From Eledone cirrhosa (lineage: Eukaryota): a stretch of DNA of 64,000 nucleotides. Positions within the stretch are counted from its first letter, which is position 1; every line of letters starts with the position of its first letter. The notes beneath the pieces are model-generated. The model had not been told where the DNA came from. It made no database searches and worked only from the letters and a program-made list of their open reading frames with translations. Positions 28,211 to 41,618 of the stretch are shown in pieces. The stretch covers positions 25,668,001-25,732,000 of the forward strand of contig OZ024749.1 of NCBI GenBank assembly GCA_964016885.1, given 5' to 3'. Made by a program: the position numbers and the translations under genes.

Positions 28211-30574
28211 GTGTTTGGACAGCTTGAGGGGAAAGAAAGAGGCAACGACTTGATCCCTGGGGCGGAACAAGCTAAAACATTCTGGAGAGGAATATGGGAG
28301 CAGGATGTTAGACACAATGCCCAGGCAGGGTGGATTGAGACAGTACAGAGGGAGATCGGTGAGAAGGCACAACAACAAACTGATTTGAGTATCACAGTTG
28401 AAACTCTTAAGGGGCAAGCCAAAAAACTAACCAACTGGAAATCACCAGGCCCAGATGGTGTGCAGGGGTATTGGATTAAATATTTAACATCCCTCCACCC
28501 GAAGCTGACGGCCATGTTCAATGACTGCTTGGTGTCGGGTGAGGTGCCAGAGTGGTTGTCAAAAGGTACCACAGTTCTGATAATGAAAGACCGAATCAAG
28601 GGTAATGATGTTACCAACTATAGACCTATCACATGTCTGCCCGTAATGTGGAAACTGTTGACGAGCATTGTGTCTGAGGAAATCTACCATCACCTCCACA
28701 CAAACAACTTGTTACCGGACGAACAGAAAGGATGCCGAAAGAAGTCACGTGGTACAAAGGACCAGTTGCTTATTGATAAGATGGTAATGGGGAATTGCAG
28801 GAGGAGACACACTGATCTTGCCATGGGATGGATAGACTACAGAAAGGCATTTGACATGGTGCCTCATTCCTGGATCACCAAAAGCCTGGAGGTCTTCAGG
28901 GTGGCAGATAACATCAGACAGTTGCTGGGCAGGAGTAGGGGGTCCTGGGAGACAGAGTTGACATCAACTGGAGTATCCTTGGGAAGCGTGAAGATCAAGA
29001 GAGGTATCTTCCAGGGAGATAGCCTGTCCCCTCTGTTGTTTGTCCTTGCCCTGATGCCCTTGACCATTATGCTGCGAAAAGTGAGAGCAGGATACAAGTT
29101 GGGAAGGGGAGAGCTTACCATCAATCACCTCCTCTTCATGGACGATCTTAAGCTCTTCGGGAAAAGTGAGAAGGAGTTGGATGTTCTTGTTGAAACTGTC
29201 CGTATTTTCAGCAGTGATATATGTATGCAGTTTGGTATTGGTAAATGTGGAGTCATTGTGATGAAGGGGGGTAGGTTGAGCAGAAGTAACGGGATCCAGA
29301 TACCAACAGGTGAGATGATAAAGGAAATTGACTCTGGAGAAGGATACAAGTATTTGGGCGTTCTGGAGGCTGATGGCATAAAGAACAAAAAAATGAAGGA
29401 ATTGTTAAGAACTGAATACATTCGAAGAGTAAGGAGCGTATTGAAGTCACATCTGAACAGCAGAAATGCCATAAGCGCAGTAAATTCCCGAGCTGTGTCT
29501 ATTATTAGGTACAGTGCGGGAATTCTGAGATGGAATGTTGCTGAACAAAAAGAAATGGATAGGAAGACTAGGAAGCTATTGACTATCTACAACATGTTCG
29601 ACAAGAGGAGTGATGTCGATAGACTCTACCTAAGGAGATCTGAGGGTGGAAGAGGTCTTATCAGCATAGAGGACTGTGTTCAGATGGAGAAAAACAACCT
29701 ATACAAATACGTGACCTATAGTAAGGAGCCAATGCTCAGAACTGTACTGAAGGAGGGGACAGTAGGCCAGGGGATGTCCAAGGAGGAAATAACATCAAGG
29801 AGGAAGAGCAGCCTTAAGGGAAAATCCCTTCATAGTACCTGCTTTGAGAAAACTGAATTTAGAGATCCACAGACATGGAACTGGTTGAGAAGAGGAGACC
29901 TCAAAAAGGCTACAGAAGGAATGCTAATGGCTGCGCAGGAGCAGGCCCTCAAAACGAAGTGGTTGAAGCACCATATCTACAAGGAGGAGGCTAGCCCACT
30001 GTGCAGGATCTGTGGAGAGAGAGAGGAGACTGTGGCTCACATTGTGTCCGAGTGTAAACACCTAGCCCAGACCCACTATAAGGGCTGGAGACACGATGTG
30101 ATGGGCAGGGTGATCCACTGGCACCTGTGCAAAGTAAACAATTTACCACATTCTGAGAAATGGTATGAGCATAGGCCAGAGGCGGTGATGGAGAACAATC
30201 AGGTGAAGGTGCTGTGGGATTTTAGGATACAGACGGACAAAAAACTGGAACACAATAGACCTGACCTGGTGGTTGTGGACAAAGAAAAAAGATCGTGCCT
30301 GATTGTGGATGTGGCCTGCCCGTTCGACACGAGAGTGCAAGAGAAGGAGAGGGAGAAAATTAACCGATACCAGGACCTAAAGTGGGAGGTGAAAAGGATT
30401 TGGAACTGCCATGAAGTCAAAGTGATCCCGATTGTCATAGGCGCACTGGGGACTATCTCCAAAAGTTTCCAGGGATGGTTAAAGAAAATCGGCCCCTTCA
30501 CGCTTTTTGGAACGCTTCAAAAGGCATGCTTGCTTGGAACAGCAAGAACCCTCCGATACGTCCTGAATATCTGA
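28211..30574 (+). CDS. R4/Dong-type non-LTR retrotransposon ORF (RT, CCHC knuckle, restriction-like endonuclease), 5'-truncated
   Basis: KSPGPDG, YRPITCL, DYRKAFDMVPH, GIFQGDSLSPLLF, FMDDLKL, YKYLG, CRICx7HIVSEC, RHD, RPDLVVVD..DVACP..KINRY; element 28193-30650 flanked by (TAA)n. Confidence 0.93.
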   Translation: MFGQLEGKERGNDLIPGAEQAKTFWRGIWEQDVRHNAQAGWIETVQREIGEKAQQQTDLSITVETLKGQAKKLTNWKSPGPDGVQGYWIKYLTSLHPKLTAMFNDCLVSGEVPEWLSKGTTVLIMKDRIKGNDVTNYRPITCLPVMWKLLTSIVSEEIYHHLHTNNLLPDEQKGCRKKSRGTKDQLLIDKMVMGNCRRRHTDLAMGWIDYRKAFDMVPHSWITKSLEVFRVADNIRQLLGRSRGSWETELTSTGVSLGSVKIKRGIFQGDSLSPLLFVLALMPLTIMLRKVRAGYKLGRGELTINHLLFMDDLKLFGKSEKELDVLVETVRIFSSDICMQFGIGKCGVIVMKGGRLSRSNGIQIPTGEMIKEIDSGEGYKYLGVLEADGIKNKKMKELLRTEYIRRVRSVLKSHLNSRNAISAVNSRAVSIIRYSAGILRWNVAEQKEMDRKTRKLLTIYNMFDKRSDVDRLYLRRSEGGRGLISIEDCVQMEKNNLYKYVTYSKEPMLRTVLKEGTVGQGMSKEEITSRRKSSLKGKSLHSTCFEKTEFRDPQTWNWLRRGDLKKATEGMLMAAQEQALKTKWLKHHIYKEEASPLCRICGEREETVAHIVSECKHLAQTHYKGWRHDVMGRVIHWHLCKVNNLPHSEKWYEHRPEAVMENNQVKVLWDFRIQTDKKLEHNRPDLVVVDKEKRSCLIVDVACPFDTRVQEKEREKINRYQDLKWEVKRIWNCHEVKVIPIVIGALGTISKSFQGWLKKIGPFTLFGTLQKACLLGTARTLRYVLNI

Positions 30575-30654
30575 GGCTGCAGGTAGTGGCTTGATATTCA
30601 ATCCAACGGACTTTCCAGTTAACCAACATCAATGACTGAGATTCAAGGAATAAC

Positions 30655-30682
<28 letters not shown>

Positions 30683-30685
<3 letters not shown>

Positions 30686-31592
30686 TTTTCTTTATTAACC
30701 ACAAGGGTTTACATAAAGTAGACATTAAGGACAGTACAGGACAATACAGGACGGTACAAATGGGCATTTCTGCGTGTAAAAAAAACAAAGGATGAAATAA
30801 AATAACAAAGAAAAATTCCCCAATAGGGGGGAGACTTCCGAGGGACATTTGTGGAGAAAGCCCATTAAAAGACCACAGTGGCCCTGACCACCAGGGCAAG
30901 TGCCCTCTCCCAGTTTTCCACCTTTAATTTACAGACACATACTCAGAGAAGGTCCATTCATTCGGGCCATACTTGCTTCTCTCACCCATCTTTCAACAAA
31001 ATGCTGGGAAGAGAGCACTTCCCTCTCTACCCTGATTTTCCTTTTCAAATGAAATTGGAAAAAGTTAATCAGGGCATCACCGAAGAGGTAAGTGCTCGTC
31101 TTCAGCCCTTTCAAACGTGTCCACCATACTACCTCTTTCGCCATGGCCACCAGACAGATAAAAACTGCCTGCCCTTCCCGGCTAAAGGAAGGGGGCGGGG
31201 CAATCCTCACGATGGACTCAGCTGATAGCTAGATCCGTCCTACACGTGACAGCAGGTGTTCGACATAAACCCACAAGTCAGCAATGCTCGGACACTGGAC
31301 GAGTGCGTGCAGGACGGTTTCGTCGCCCTGTGCGCATCTCGGACATGCCCGGCTGACGGCACCTCCATGCCTGTAAAGTTTATCCCGAACTGGCAAAGCA
31401 CCCCGGTAGCACTGCCAGGCCAGGGATTTCTGGAAGTTGTCCATAGGCCCCGGCTCGAAAGTCCTTCCGAAGAGATTGGCTAGTTGATTTTCGTCGACGC
31501 CTAGAGTTTCTCCAAGTACGTCGTCGCTCTTCCCCTCCACTAATCCCCTATTGAACGCCAAGGTGGAGTTTCTACCGATCACATTGCCCGAT
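30683..31592 (-). mobile_element. Tx1/L1-like LINE 3' portion (left, inverted arm)
   Basis: Reverse-complement homolog of 32811-33727; CPRC..ETVLHALVQC knuckle; internal stop; its tail abuts (TAA)n. Confidence 0.88.
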
Positions 31593-33724
31593 AATTTTAG
31601 GCCCATAACTCTGCTAAACACAGAGTTCAAGATTTTGGCCAAGGTGCTAGCAAAGAGGTTGGCGCTTGTCGTTGGTGGTCTGGTGGGAGAGGCACAGACT
31701 TGCGCCATTCCCGACAGATCCATCCACGACAACCTCCACCTCATGCGATACATCGTAGAGAGGGTAGCTAGGGAACCTGGCACGGGTGTGTCTTTGATCA
31801 ATTTAGATCAGTCGAAAGCCTTCGATAGGGTCGACCATCGTTACCTAGCGGCAGTCCTGAGGGCGGCTGGCTTTGGGCCCGTCTTCAGAGGCTGGATCGC
31901 TGCCATGCACAGCGACATCTGCTCTGTGGTGAGAGTGAACGGTCACCTTTCGGAACCGTTCAACATCATGCGCTCGGTCCGCCAAGGATGTCCCCTCTCG
32001 TCCCTATTGTACGTATTGACTCTCGAGCCATTACTGCACAAACTGGAGACGTTGGGGGGGGGGGGGGGTCCCGCGCGAACTAGGATGCGGAAGATCCGTG
32101 TCAGCATATGCCGATGATGTCACCGTAGTGGTGTCGAACGCCAAACACATCGAGGCGCTCGGCACTACACTAAGAGAATACGAAGCGGTGACAGGAGCAA
32201 TGATCAACCAGGAAAAGTCAGTGGGCCTGCAGCTCGGCACCTGGAGAGGCAGGTCCATGCCGTCCAACAGCGTCGTCGGGCGCTGGACGGACGGACCGGT
32301 TAAATTGCTAGGGGTCTGGTTCGGTCCAGACCTCCAGACGGACAAAAACTGGGACGAGGTGACGAGCAGGGTGGCTTCTCTCACCCAGAATTGGGCGGAG
32401 AGGAAGCTATCACTGAAAGGTCGAGCGGAGGTGGCTAACGCGTACATCGCGTCCGTCATCTGCTACCGCCTGACCGTCGTACCTTGTCCTAAGCCTCGCC
32501 TGACTGCGCTGGAGCGTTTGCTCTTTCGCTTTATGTGGAAGGGACGCGCTCCGATGGTCAGGCGGTCCATCTGTTGTCAACACCCGCTACGTGGAGGGCT
32601 GGGCATGCCGTGGCTGATGATGCGCAGGAACGCGCTAAGGCTACGACATCTCCACCTCTTCCTCGACGGTGATCAGGTGTGGTCACCGTTTACTAGACGC
32701 GTATTTCCCCAGCTCGTTTCCTTGACGGAGCTGCAGTCCTGGGTCAAACGAAGACCGAGAGGGAGCGCCTGGTGACTGGAATGTCTTCAGGCGCTCACAG
32801 CCCTCGACCAATCGGGCAATGTGATCGGTGGAAACTCCACCTCGGCCTTCTATAGAGGATTAGTGGAGGGGAAGAGCGACGACGTACTTGGGGAAACTCT
32901 AGGCGTCGACGAAAATCAACTAGCCAATCTCTTCGGAAGAACTTTCGGGCCAGGGCCTATGGACAACTTCCAGAAATCTCTGGCCTGGCAGTGCTACCGA
33001 GGAGCCTTGCCAGTTCGCGATAAACTCTACAGGCATGGAGGTGCCGTCAGCCGGGCATGTCCGAGATGCGCGCAGGGCGACGAAACCGTCCTGCACGCAC
33101 TCGTCCAGTGTCCGAAAATTGCTGACTTGTGGGTTTATGTCGAACACCTGCTGTCGCGTTTAGGACGGATCCGGCTATCATCTGAGTCCATCGTGATGAT
33201 TGCCCCGCTCTCCTCCTTTAGCCGGGAAGGGCAGGCAGTTTTTATCTGCCTGGTGGCCATGGCGAAAGAGATAGTATGGTGGACACGTTTGAAAGGGCTG
33301 AAGACGAGCACTTACCTCTTCGGTGATGCTCTGATTGACTTTTTCAAATTTCATTTGAAAAGGAAAATCAGAGTAGAGAGGGAAGTGCTCTCTTCCCAGC
33401 ATTTTGTTGAAAGATGGATGAGAGAAGCAAGAATGGCCCGAGTGAATGGGCCTACTCTGAGTATATATCTGTAAATTAAAGGTGGAAAACTGGGAGAGGG
33501 CACTTGCCTTGGTGGTCAGGGTCATTGTGGCTTTTTACTGGGTTTTCTCCACAAATGTCCCTCCGAAGTCTCCCCCCTATTGGGGGAATTTTTCATTGTT
33601 ATTTTTTTGTTACATCCTCTGTTTTTGTTTTTTACACGCAGAAATGCCCATTTGTACCGTCCTGCATTGTCCTGCACTGTCCTTAATGTCTACTTTATGT
33701 AAACCCTTGTGGTTAACAAAGAAA

Positions 33725-33727
<3 letters not shown>
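31590..33727 (+). pseudogene. Tx1/L1-like LINE ORF2 (RT to C-terminal CCHC) plus 3' UTR, 5'-truncated
   Basis: DNFRPITLLNTEFKILAK, LDQSKAFDRVDH, VRQGCPLS, AYADD, KLLGVWF, GGLGMP, CPRC..H...C; frameshift at poly-G 32054-32068, in-frame TGA 32773-32775, stop 33474; (TTA)n tail. Confidence 0.9.
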
Positions 33728-33774
<47 letters not shown>

Positions 33775-33916
33775 CTATTAATATTACATCCGGAAAAGGC
33801 ATGCAAAACTGGGTGACAAAGATAATGTTGGAAGGTAAGTATTGTAATAGATATCATTGTTGTGGATGTTGTTGTTGTTTATACTTCTTGTCTCTCTATA
33901 TATAAACATACATATG

Positions 33917-34052
<136 letters not shown>

Positions 34053-34062
34053 CATACATATG

Positions 34063-34093
<31 letters not shown>

Positions 34094-34094
34094 C

Positions 34095-34224
<130 letters not shown>

Positions 34225-34592
34225 CATACATATGTATATGTTTATATATATATAGACAAAAAGTAAAAAAACAACAACCACATCCACGACAACGGTATTT
34301 ATTACAATGCTTTTATATATATATATAAAATAAATATATATATATATATATAAATATATACATATGTATGTGTATAGATATATACATATATATATATATA
34401 AAGATCGATAGATAGATGATAGATGTGAGCATATATATATATATATTGTTATCTTTGTTATTGATATAAAAAATTCTTCTCTATTATTGTTACTCTTTTC
34501 TTTCAAATCTAGAAAATCTCGAAACATGACGAGGAATAAAATCCACCAGAAGAGGAAATAATACAAATATGATAAAATATTATTGGATGTAT

Positions 34593-34655
<63 letters not shown>

Positions 34656-34682
34656 CATACATATATATATATACACACACAA

Positions 34683-34729
<47 letters not shown>

Positions 34730-34751
34730 CATATATATGTATATATGTATG

Positions 34752-34785
<34 letters not shown>

Positions 34786-34803
34786 GTATATATATATATA
34801 TAC

Positions 34804-34834
<31 letters not shown>

Positions 34835-34875
34835 GATATATATATGTATATATGTATGCATATATATATATGTAT

Positions 34876-34986
<111 letters not shown>

Positions 34987-35346
34987 GTGTGTGTGCGTGC
35001 ATGTGTGTGTGTATATATATATACCTGTGTGTGTATATTATCTAACGCCATAGAGTCATCATTGTCATTGTCACCGCAATCATCGCTATATGTATCATTA
35101 CGATTATAATTATTATTATCATTATGAAAGTTACAAAGACCAGGCGAAAGGGAATCTAATAATTTACGAAGGATTTAAAAGTTTTTGGAGTGAGCAAACC
35201 TCATTTGAATATATGAATATAAATGAAGAGAGTTTAAAGTCACGAAAATGACGATGCATATAATGGGAACAGAAAGCAATCTATGCTGAAAAGATTCCAA
35301 TGTATAAACTAACACAATCGTGCAACGATGGGAATATATATGTATG

Positions 35347-35378
<32 letters not shown>

Positions 35379-35452
35379 TGTATGTATGTATGTTTGTATG
35401 TATGTATTTATGTATGTATATATATATTCGTATATATGTATATATACATATA

Positions 35453-35498
<46 letters not shown>

Positions 35499-35524
35499 AT
35501 ATGTACATATATGCATATATATAT

Positions 35525-35562
<38 letters not shown>

Positions 35563-35796
35563 TAGGAGAGAGATGTACTTTGAATATATATATATATATG
35601 CGCGTGTGTGTGTTTGTGAGTGTGTATATGAGTCTGTGTGTGTCTGTGTCAGTGAGTGTGTGTTGGATAAATAGTATATCTTTTAAGAAATGCGCTAAGC
35701 AACATAAATTTACAATAAAGTTATAAGAGTGGGTAACCTAGACTGCGCTAATGTGTATCTTCACCGAACGCTTCGGTCAAGCAAGCATTCGGTAAT

Positions 35797-35885
35797 ATGA
35801 AGAATGTAGAAATAGTTAAAGCATGCGCATCATTTCGTAAGCCGATTGGATTGGTAAAGAAAGCAAATGGCGGTCATATTGAACT
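35797..35885 (+). pseudogene. Tc1/mariner transposase C-terminal remnant
   Basis: IVKACASFRKPIGLVKKANGGHIE resembles the typical ..AC.SF..RL..V..A.GGHIE end. Confidence 0.5.
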
Positions 35886-36310
35886 GAAATATGTGCTAAA
35901 CACTCCACAATATATTGGTATAAACAAAAAATCTTTGCAGTCATTTATTTTTCCGTGTTATACCAATTATAATAAAGATATTTAAATAGTCACATAGTAC
36001 CTGTTACACGCATTATATACCTATTCGATATCATTAGAGAATAGATTTAAATTAATATTTCAATTAATCTCATTCACTAGTCTTTAATTCTTTAGGAATT
36101 CTTTGTCTATGATTTGCCACCGGGCTCTACATTATATCGCAATCTTAACATTTGATTTCCAATTCTTCTTGCTCAATATTAAGCTAATACATTCTGTAAT
36201 TCAATAGTTTTAATTGTGTTTCAAAATGCTGCAGGCTTTTCTTTTGAATTATTATATTTTACATAATTTCACAACAGATATGATAAAAAAATTATTATTT
36301 CAGAACACAA

Positions 36311-37118
36311 GGGGCCGTGGATTAGCAGAATCTGTAGGATAACGGACAAGAGGCTTTGTTTCAATGAGTTCTGAGTTCAAATTCCGCCGACGTTAGATTT
36401 TCGTTTCATTATTTCGGGGTCGATAAAATAAAAGGCCACCAACGAACTGGGGTCTATTTATTGGACTTTCACCACCTAACAAAATTGTTAGCCTTGTGTC
36501 TAAATCGGGAACCGCTATCACTGTTTTTTGGTGGATTGGCAGTACCGTTAGAATGACGGATTTCCTGCTTCGAGGTATCCTTTACGTTCTCAGTTAAAAT
36601 GTTGCCGATGTTAGCCTTGCCTTACTAAGTCGATAACATAAAGTACCAGCCATGCCCTTGGGTGGATTTAATCAACTTTCCTCTTCCTTTGGTGTCCAAT
36701 TCACAAACCATTATTTCACATATAATATTATAAGGGCGGGGAATTGGCAGTATCGATAGAGGGTCGGACATGCTTTCTAGCATAGTTACGTCCCTTTACG
36801 ATCTGAGTTCAATTCCCGCCGAGGTTAACTTTGCCTTTGATCCTTACGGGATCGATAAAATAAAGTACCAGTAATGTACTGGAATAATTGCTGGCCTTGT
36901 GCCAAAAGTAGAAACAATTATTTCACATATAATATAAGGGAGGTGGATTGATAATATCGGTAGATGGACGGACGCCATGCTTTGCAGCATAGAATTACGC
37001 CTGTTTGCGGTCTGTGTTCAAATCCCGCCGAGGTTAACTTTGCCTTTCTTCCTTACGGGTCGGAATGCACTGCGATTATTGCTGGCCTAGTGCCAAAAAG
37101 AAGAAACCAATATTTCAC
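36311..37118 (+). mobile_element. Four head-to-tail SINE family 1 copies
   Basis: Units start near 36311, 36530, 36735 and 36938, each with TGGCAG/TAGCAG head, B box and GCCTT body; ATTATTTCAC ends. Confidence 0.8.
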
Positions 37119-37552
37119 GTAAAATAGCTTCGCTTTTCAGCAAAACATTTCCTCAATTTGCATTTTCTCTTTCAACCTCTTTAAAGCCGGCATTGCCTTT
37201 ATATGTTTATGACATAGAAACTAAAGATTTCATCAACAATATGATAAAACACCCCAGCACATGTTTGTCTTTATTTTTTGTTAAAAAGTCTCCAAGAAAG
37301 ACAGAAATATTTGAAATATGCCAAATGACAAATAAACATATATAACATATGTAAGATGAGAAACAACTGACAATTCACAACTGACATGGTTCTATCTCCC
37401 TCTCCCTCTCACTCTCTCTCTCTCTCTCTCTAGCTCTCTGGCTCTTTCTGGCTCTGACTTTCTCTCTCATTCTCAGATTCCCTCCCATTCTCGCTCACAG
37501 TTTTTCATCTGTAAAAATCTGACAAAAATGTAATGAATAAATAACTATATAA

Positions 37553-37741
37553 TATTGTTCCTACATTTGGCAGAAGGCCAGAAATTACCCAGTGCATTAC
37601 TGGTACTTTATTTTATCGACCCCGTAAGGGTGAAAGGCAAAGTTGACCTCGGCAGGAGTAGAACTCAGACTGTAAAGGGCCGTTACCATCTGCTGCAAAG
37701 CATGGCGTCCGACCTTCTACCGTTACTGCCAATCCACCGCT
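37553..37741 (-). mobile_element. SINE family 1
   Basis: Reverse-complement family match. Confidence 0.8.
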
Positions 37742-37867
37742 ATAATATTATGAAAAGGAAACGACGAATTTTTTTAATAACGTCAAAGCATGAAAAGATA
37801 TGAAAGAAATTATAAAATGCGTAATATTTTGACGATGATGATGATGATATAATAATAATAATAATAA

Positions 37868-38010
37868 TGATTTCTACTTTAGGCACAAGGCCAGAAATTT
37901 GGGGAGAGGGGAAAATCAATTAAATCGAGTTCCAGTGCATTACTGGTACTTTATTTTATCGATCCTGTAAGGATGAAAGGCAAAGCTAACCTCTGCAGGA
38001 TTTGAACTCC
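37868..38010 (-). mobile_element. SINE family 1, 5'-truncated
   Basis: Reverse-complement family match. Confidence 0.75.
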
Positions 38011-38015
38011 CCCCC

Positions 38016-38074
<59 letters not shown>

Positions 38075-38076
<2 letters not shown>

Positions 38077-38312
38077 TAGCTGTCGAAACGGCCGGAACTC
38101 AACCGTCGGGGCCCTGACTCTTTTCCTATTTTTATCTAAAGACATATATTCCAATTCCAGCCCTGCCGTCCTCTCAATCTATCTTATTTCTCATTATTTC
38201 TTCTGATGAAGGACTAGCGTCCGAAACGTTAAGACTCTCTTCCTGCCATTTCAAGCGTTAAACTAATATATTCCTACCATATACTGTACCGATTGTGTTG
38301 TTATTTCTGTTG
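38075..38312 (+). mobile_element. HHR-bearing pLTR-like fragment
   Basis: Homologs at 18035-18225, 14717-14740 and 63950-64000; begins at (TA)n. Confidence 0.7.
38199..38234 (+). ncRNA. Minimal type I hammerhead ribozyme
   Basis: TCTT-CTGATGA-a-GGAC tagc GTCC-GAAA-CG-TT^AAGA; palindromic AACGTT stem III. Confidence 0.82.
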
Positions 38313-38529
38313 TATGTGTGGTGAGTGTGTGAGAGAAAGAGATAGAGAGAGAGAGAAAGAGAGAGATAGAGAGAGAGAAAGAGAAAGAGTATTATGAAAG
38401 GAAATATCGGACCAAGCAGACAATGTTTCCTTTGAACATTGCATTGATGATCCAATCAATCTGGTCTATCTTCCCTCGACGCCCGCCTGACAGAAACTAA
38501 AGTGAAATAGAGAATGTAGGAAAGCCGTA

Positions 38530-38588
38530 GGAAGGAAGAAAAGAAAGAAAGAATGATAGTATGAGAGAAAGAAAGAAAGAAAGAATGA

Positions 38589-38652
<64 letters not shown>

Positions 38653-38779
38653 AAAGGAAAGGAAAGAAAGAAAGAGAGAAAGAGAAGGAAAGACAGAAAG
38701 AAAGATGGAGAGAAAGAAATAAAGATGAAGGGAAAGAAAGAGAGAAAGAACGACAGAAAGGAAGAAATAAAGAAAAAAG

Positions 38780-38846
<67 letters not shown>

Positions 38847-38970
38847 ACGAGAGAAAGAAAGAAAGACAGATGGAGAGGAAAGTTAGAAATAAATAAAGAA
38901 AGAATGAAAGAGAAAGATGGAGAGGAAGAAAAAAAGAAAGATAGATAGAATGAATGAAAGGAAGAAAGAA
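38530..38970. repeat. (GAAA)n-rich simple repeat
   Basis: Direct reading. Confidence 0.9.
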
Positions 38971-39189
38971 AGCAGTGGCAATGTTGAAGAAGGTTAAGTT
39001 GAACATAAGATCATATTTCAGTGATACGTTCTAAAACTGGACGTTGTGAACACTAATTCATAGCTTTTAATGATTACACAATAGTGTCATATATACACTG
39101 TACATGTTTATATGGTTGTGTTTGCTGCTAATATGTGTCTGTATGTATGTGTGGGCGGGATGCGTGTGCGTGAGTATATATACGTATAT

Positions 39190-39328
<139 letters not shown>

Positions 39329-39586
39329 CGGGGTAACAAATTTTTGTTATATGTAGTCCACTTAGGTGTAGTCCAGTTATGGTACTCCGGGTAGTGGATG
39401 ATATCAACGCTTGGCTAAATTTGACTCAACAAGGCGTTTCCATAGTGATGCTGCGAGTATGCTGTAATTCCTATGTTGTAAACACTTGGAGTAATAATAA
39501 TAGACCTACCAGTTCAGAGAAACAATTGTCAGCAATGACATTAAAAACCTTTTTTGTATAGCAAATCGTGTCACTCTTCTTTCCTG

Positions 39587-39651
<65 letters not shown>

Positions 39652-40130
39652 AATATGATAATAATGGAGCTGCGGCGCTGCAAATGGGTTACATATGAAA
39701 AAATGTGTCCTCATCAGTGGCCTTCCAACCGTCGTAGGCATTTCGTCGCATTAAAGGCCATATACCTCAGGTTGGTGCGAGCAACGGCTAAAAAAAAGTC
39801 GTTGGGACACGTAAATAAAGGGAACGCTAGGGTAAACAAACAAAATGGTTTAAGCAACAGTAAGTGATGAAGAAGAAAGAAACAAGTCCCAGATTTCTAT
39901 GAATATAAATTCGGTGGAATCGTGAACGAGAGAATAAAGACCATCAAACCTGGTTGAAATGTGAGGAAGGAAGGAATTTCGCACAGGTCTAACGGGAGGA
40001 AGAGGGGGTCTGGTCTGCGAATTCGGTAAACATAAGTTCTGTAGAAGGTGAGTTTTATTGTAGTACAATAAAGCAATGCAGATATCGGATAAGAAGCACT
40101 CTACAGTTTGTAGGACTGGAGTATACATAA

Positions 40131-40376
40131 TATATGAGATCAAAATATGGTTAAAAGAGTTCCATGTATTTTATTATGCGCATTTCAAAAACAAATATCA
40201 TCATGCAATAATATTTGTGTTTTCATCAGATAAAATAGGAAGACATGATATGAAGGTTAAAAAACACTTGTGAATAGTGCAGTTTTAAATCAACAAATAT
40301 AATTGCATGATGATATTTGTTTTTGAAATGCGCATAATAAAATACATGGAACTCTTTTAACCATCTTTTGATCTTA

Positions 40377-40380
<4 letters not shown>
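40131..40380. repeat. Inverted repeat, about 87-bp arms and about 75-bp spacer (inverted pLTR end)
   Basis: 40131-40217 versus 40293-40380; the right arm ends in (TA)n. Confidence 0.85.
40167..40237 (-). ncRNA. Type I hammerhead ribozyme
   Basis: Minus strand: TATTTTAT-CTGATGA-AAACACAAATATTA..TGATATTTGTTTTT-GAAA-TGCGCA-TA^ATAAAATA. Confidence 0.82.
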
Positions 40381-40409
<29 letters not shown>

Positions 40410-40560
40410 CGGTATTTTCCGTTGTGTTGTAATATAAATATTACACACAGTAGATTATCAGCTCACGTAGAGTTTGCTCGACGGTTCCAGTTGTAGTTCC
40501 AAAAGTAATCCGGAGAAAAATAGAAAGATTTGAATGGATACAGTTTAGTTGAAAGGAATT

Positions 40561-40675
40561 TATTGACACGTGTTTCTATAACAGTTACATAACCTAAAAC
40601 AGCTATCTACAAACTTTTAGTTATGCAGACATTCAATATTTCAATGTTATTATTTACTGTCATTTCATCAGAATA
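40561..40675 (-). ncRNA. Hammerhead ribozyme with branched, extended stem II
   Basis: Reverse complement of 44161-44275. Confidence 0.78.
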
Positions 40676-41266
40676 ATATTACTGAGGACCTATTTAGTTT
40701 TTATAGAGAATATTAGGAGGAAGGGGTGAAGTTGTTAGAAGAATAGTTGAAGGAGTGGTTTTTCGATAGCAGTGAGAATTCTTGGTGGCAGTGATTAATT
40801 AGATTCCCATCTGTTGTTTTGACATTTTTTATAGAATATATTATTGGTTATTTTTCTAAATCTATAGAAGGATTAGAGATAGTAAAGATATGCGTGGTTG
40901 GTTTTGTGTTTGCACTTAACATTCAGACTTAAATTTTTCTTTCAAGTGTACGTATTCTTTCACCCACGCATTCACACACAAATATATTTGCACACCTCTA
41001 CAAAATACATATACTCACAATTCACATATTCATACTTACATATATATACACATGCATACACATATATATACACACATGTATTCATGTACATACATACGCG
41101 CTCATGTGTATACATTTTCATACTCAACTTATCTTTATATATACACACGTATAGACACACACATATATACATACATACTCTAGTCCATGTGTACACACAT
41201 ACACATACATACACATCCATATACACATACATACATACACATATATATATACATATATACATATAC

Positions 41267-41299
<33 letters not shown>

Positions 41300-41618
41300 C
41301 ACATACATATATACACACATATACACACACACACATATATATATATATAAGCACTTTAATACATGAATACACTTACATCTAACTATACACATCAAACATA
41401 TATATATATTTACTTATTTATATACATTTTCACATATATATACATACTTATGGACGTTTTTAGACACATTCATTATCGCATATTTGTACCTATTCTCATC
41501 AGCATATCTTTTCATTATTAGTATGGTAATTTAAGGTTATTAATATATGTTGAAAAGAGATTGTTTTTATATTTTTCTAACTAGATTAAGGTTTATATAG
41601 TTGGGGGATGTCCCTCTT

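Noticed and set aside
39680-39720. Minus-strand CTGATGAGG
   Set aside because: No downstream GAAA or closing stems found
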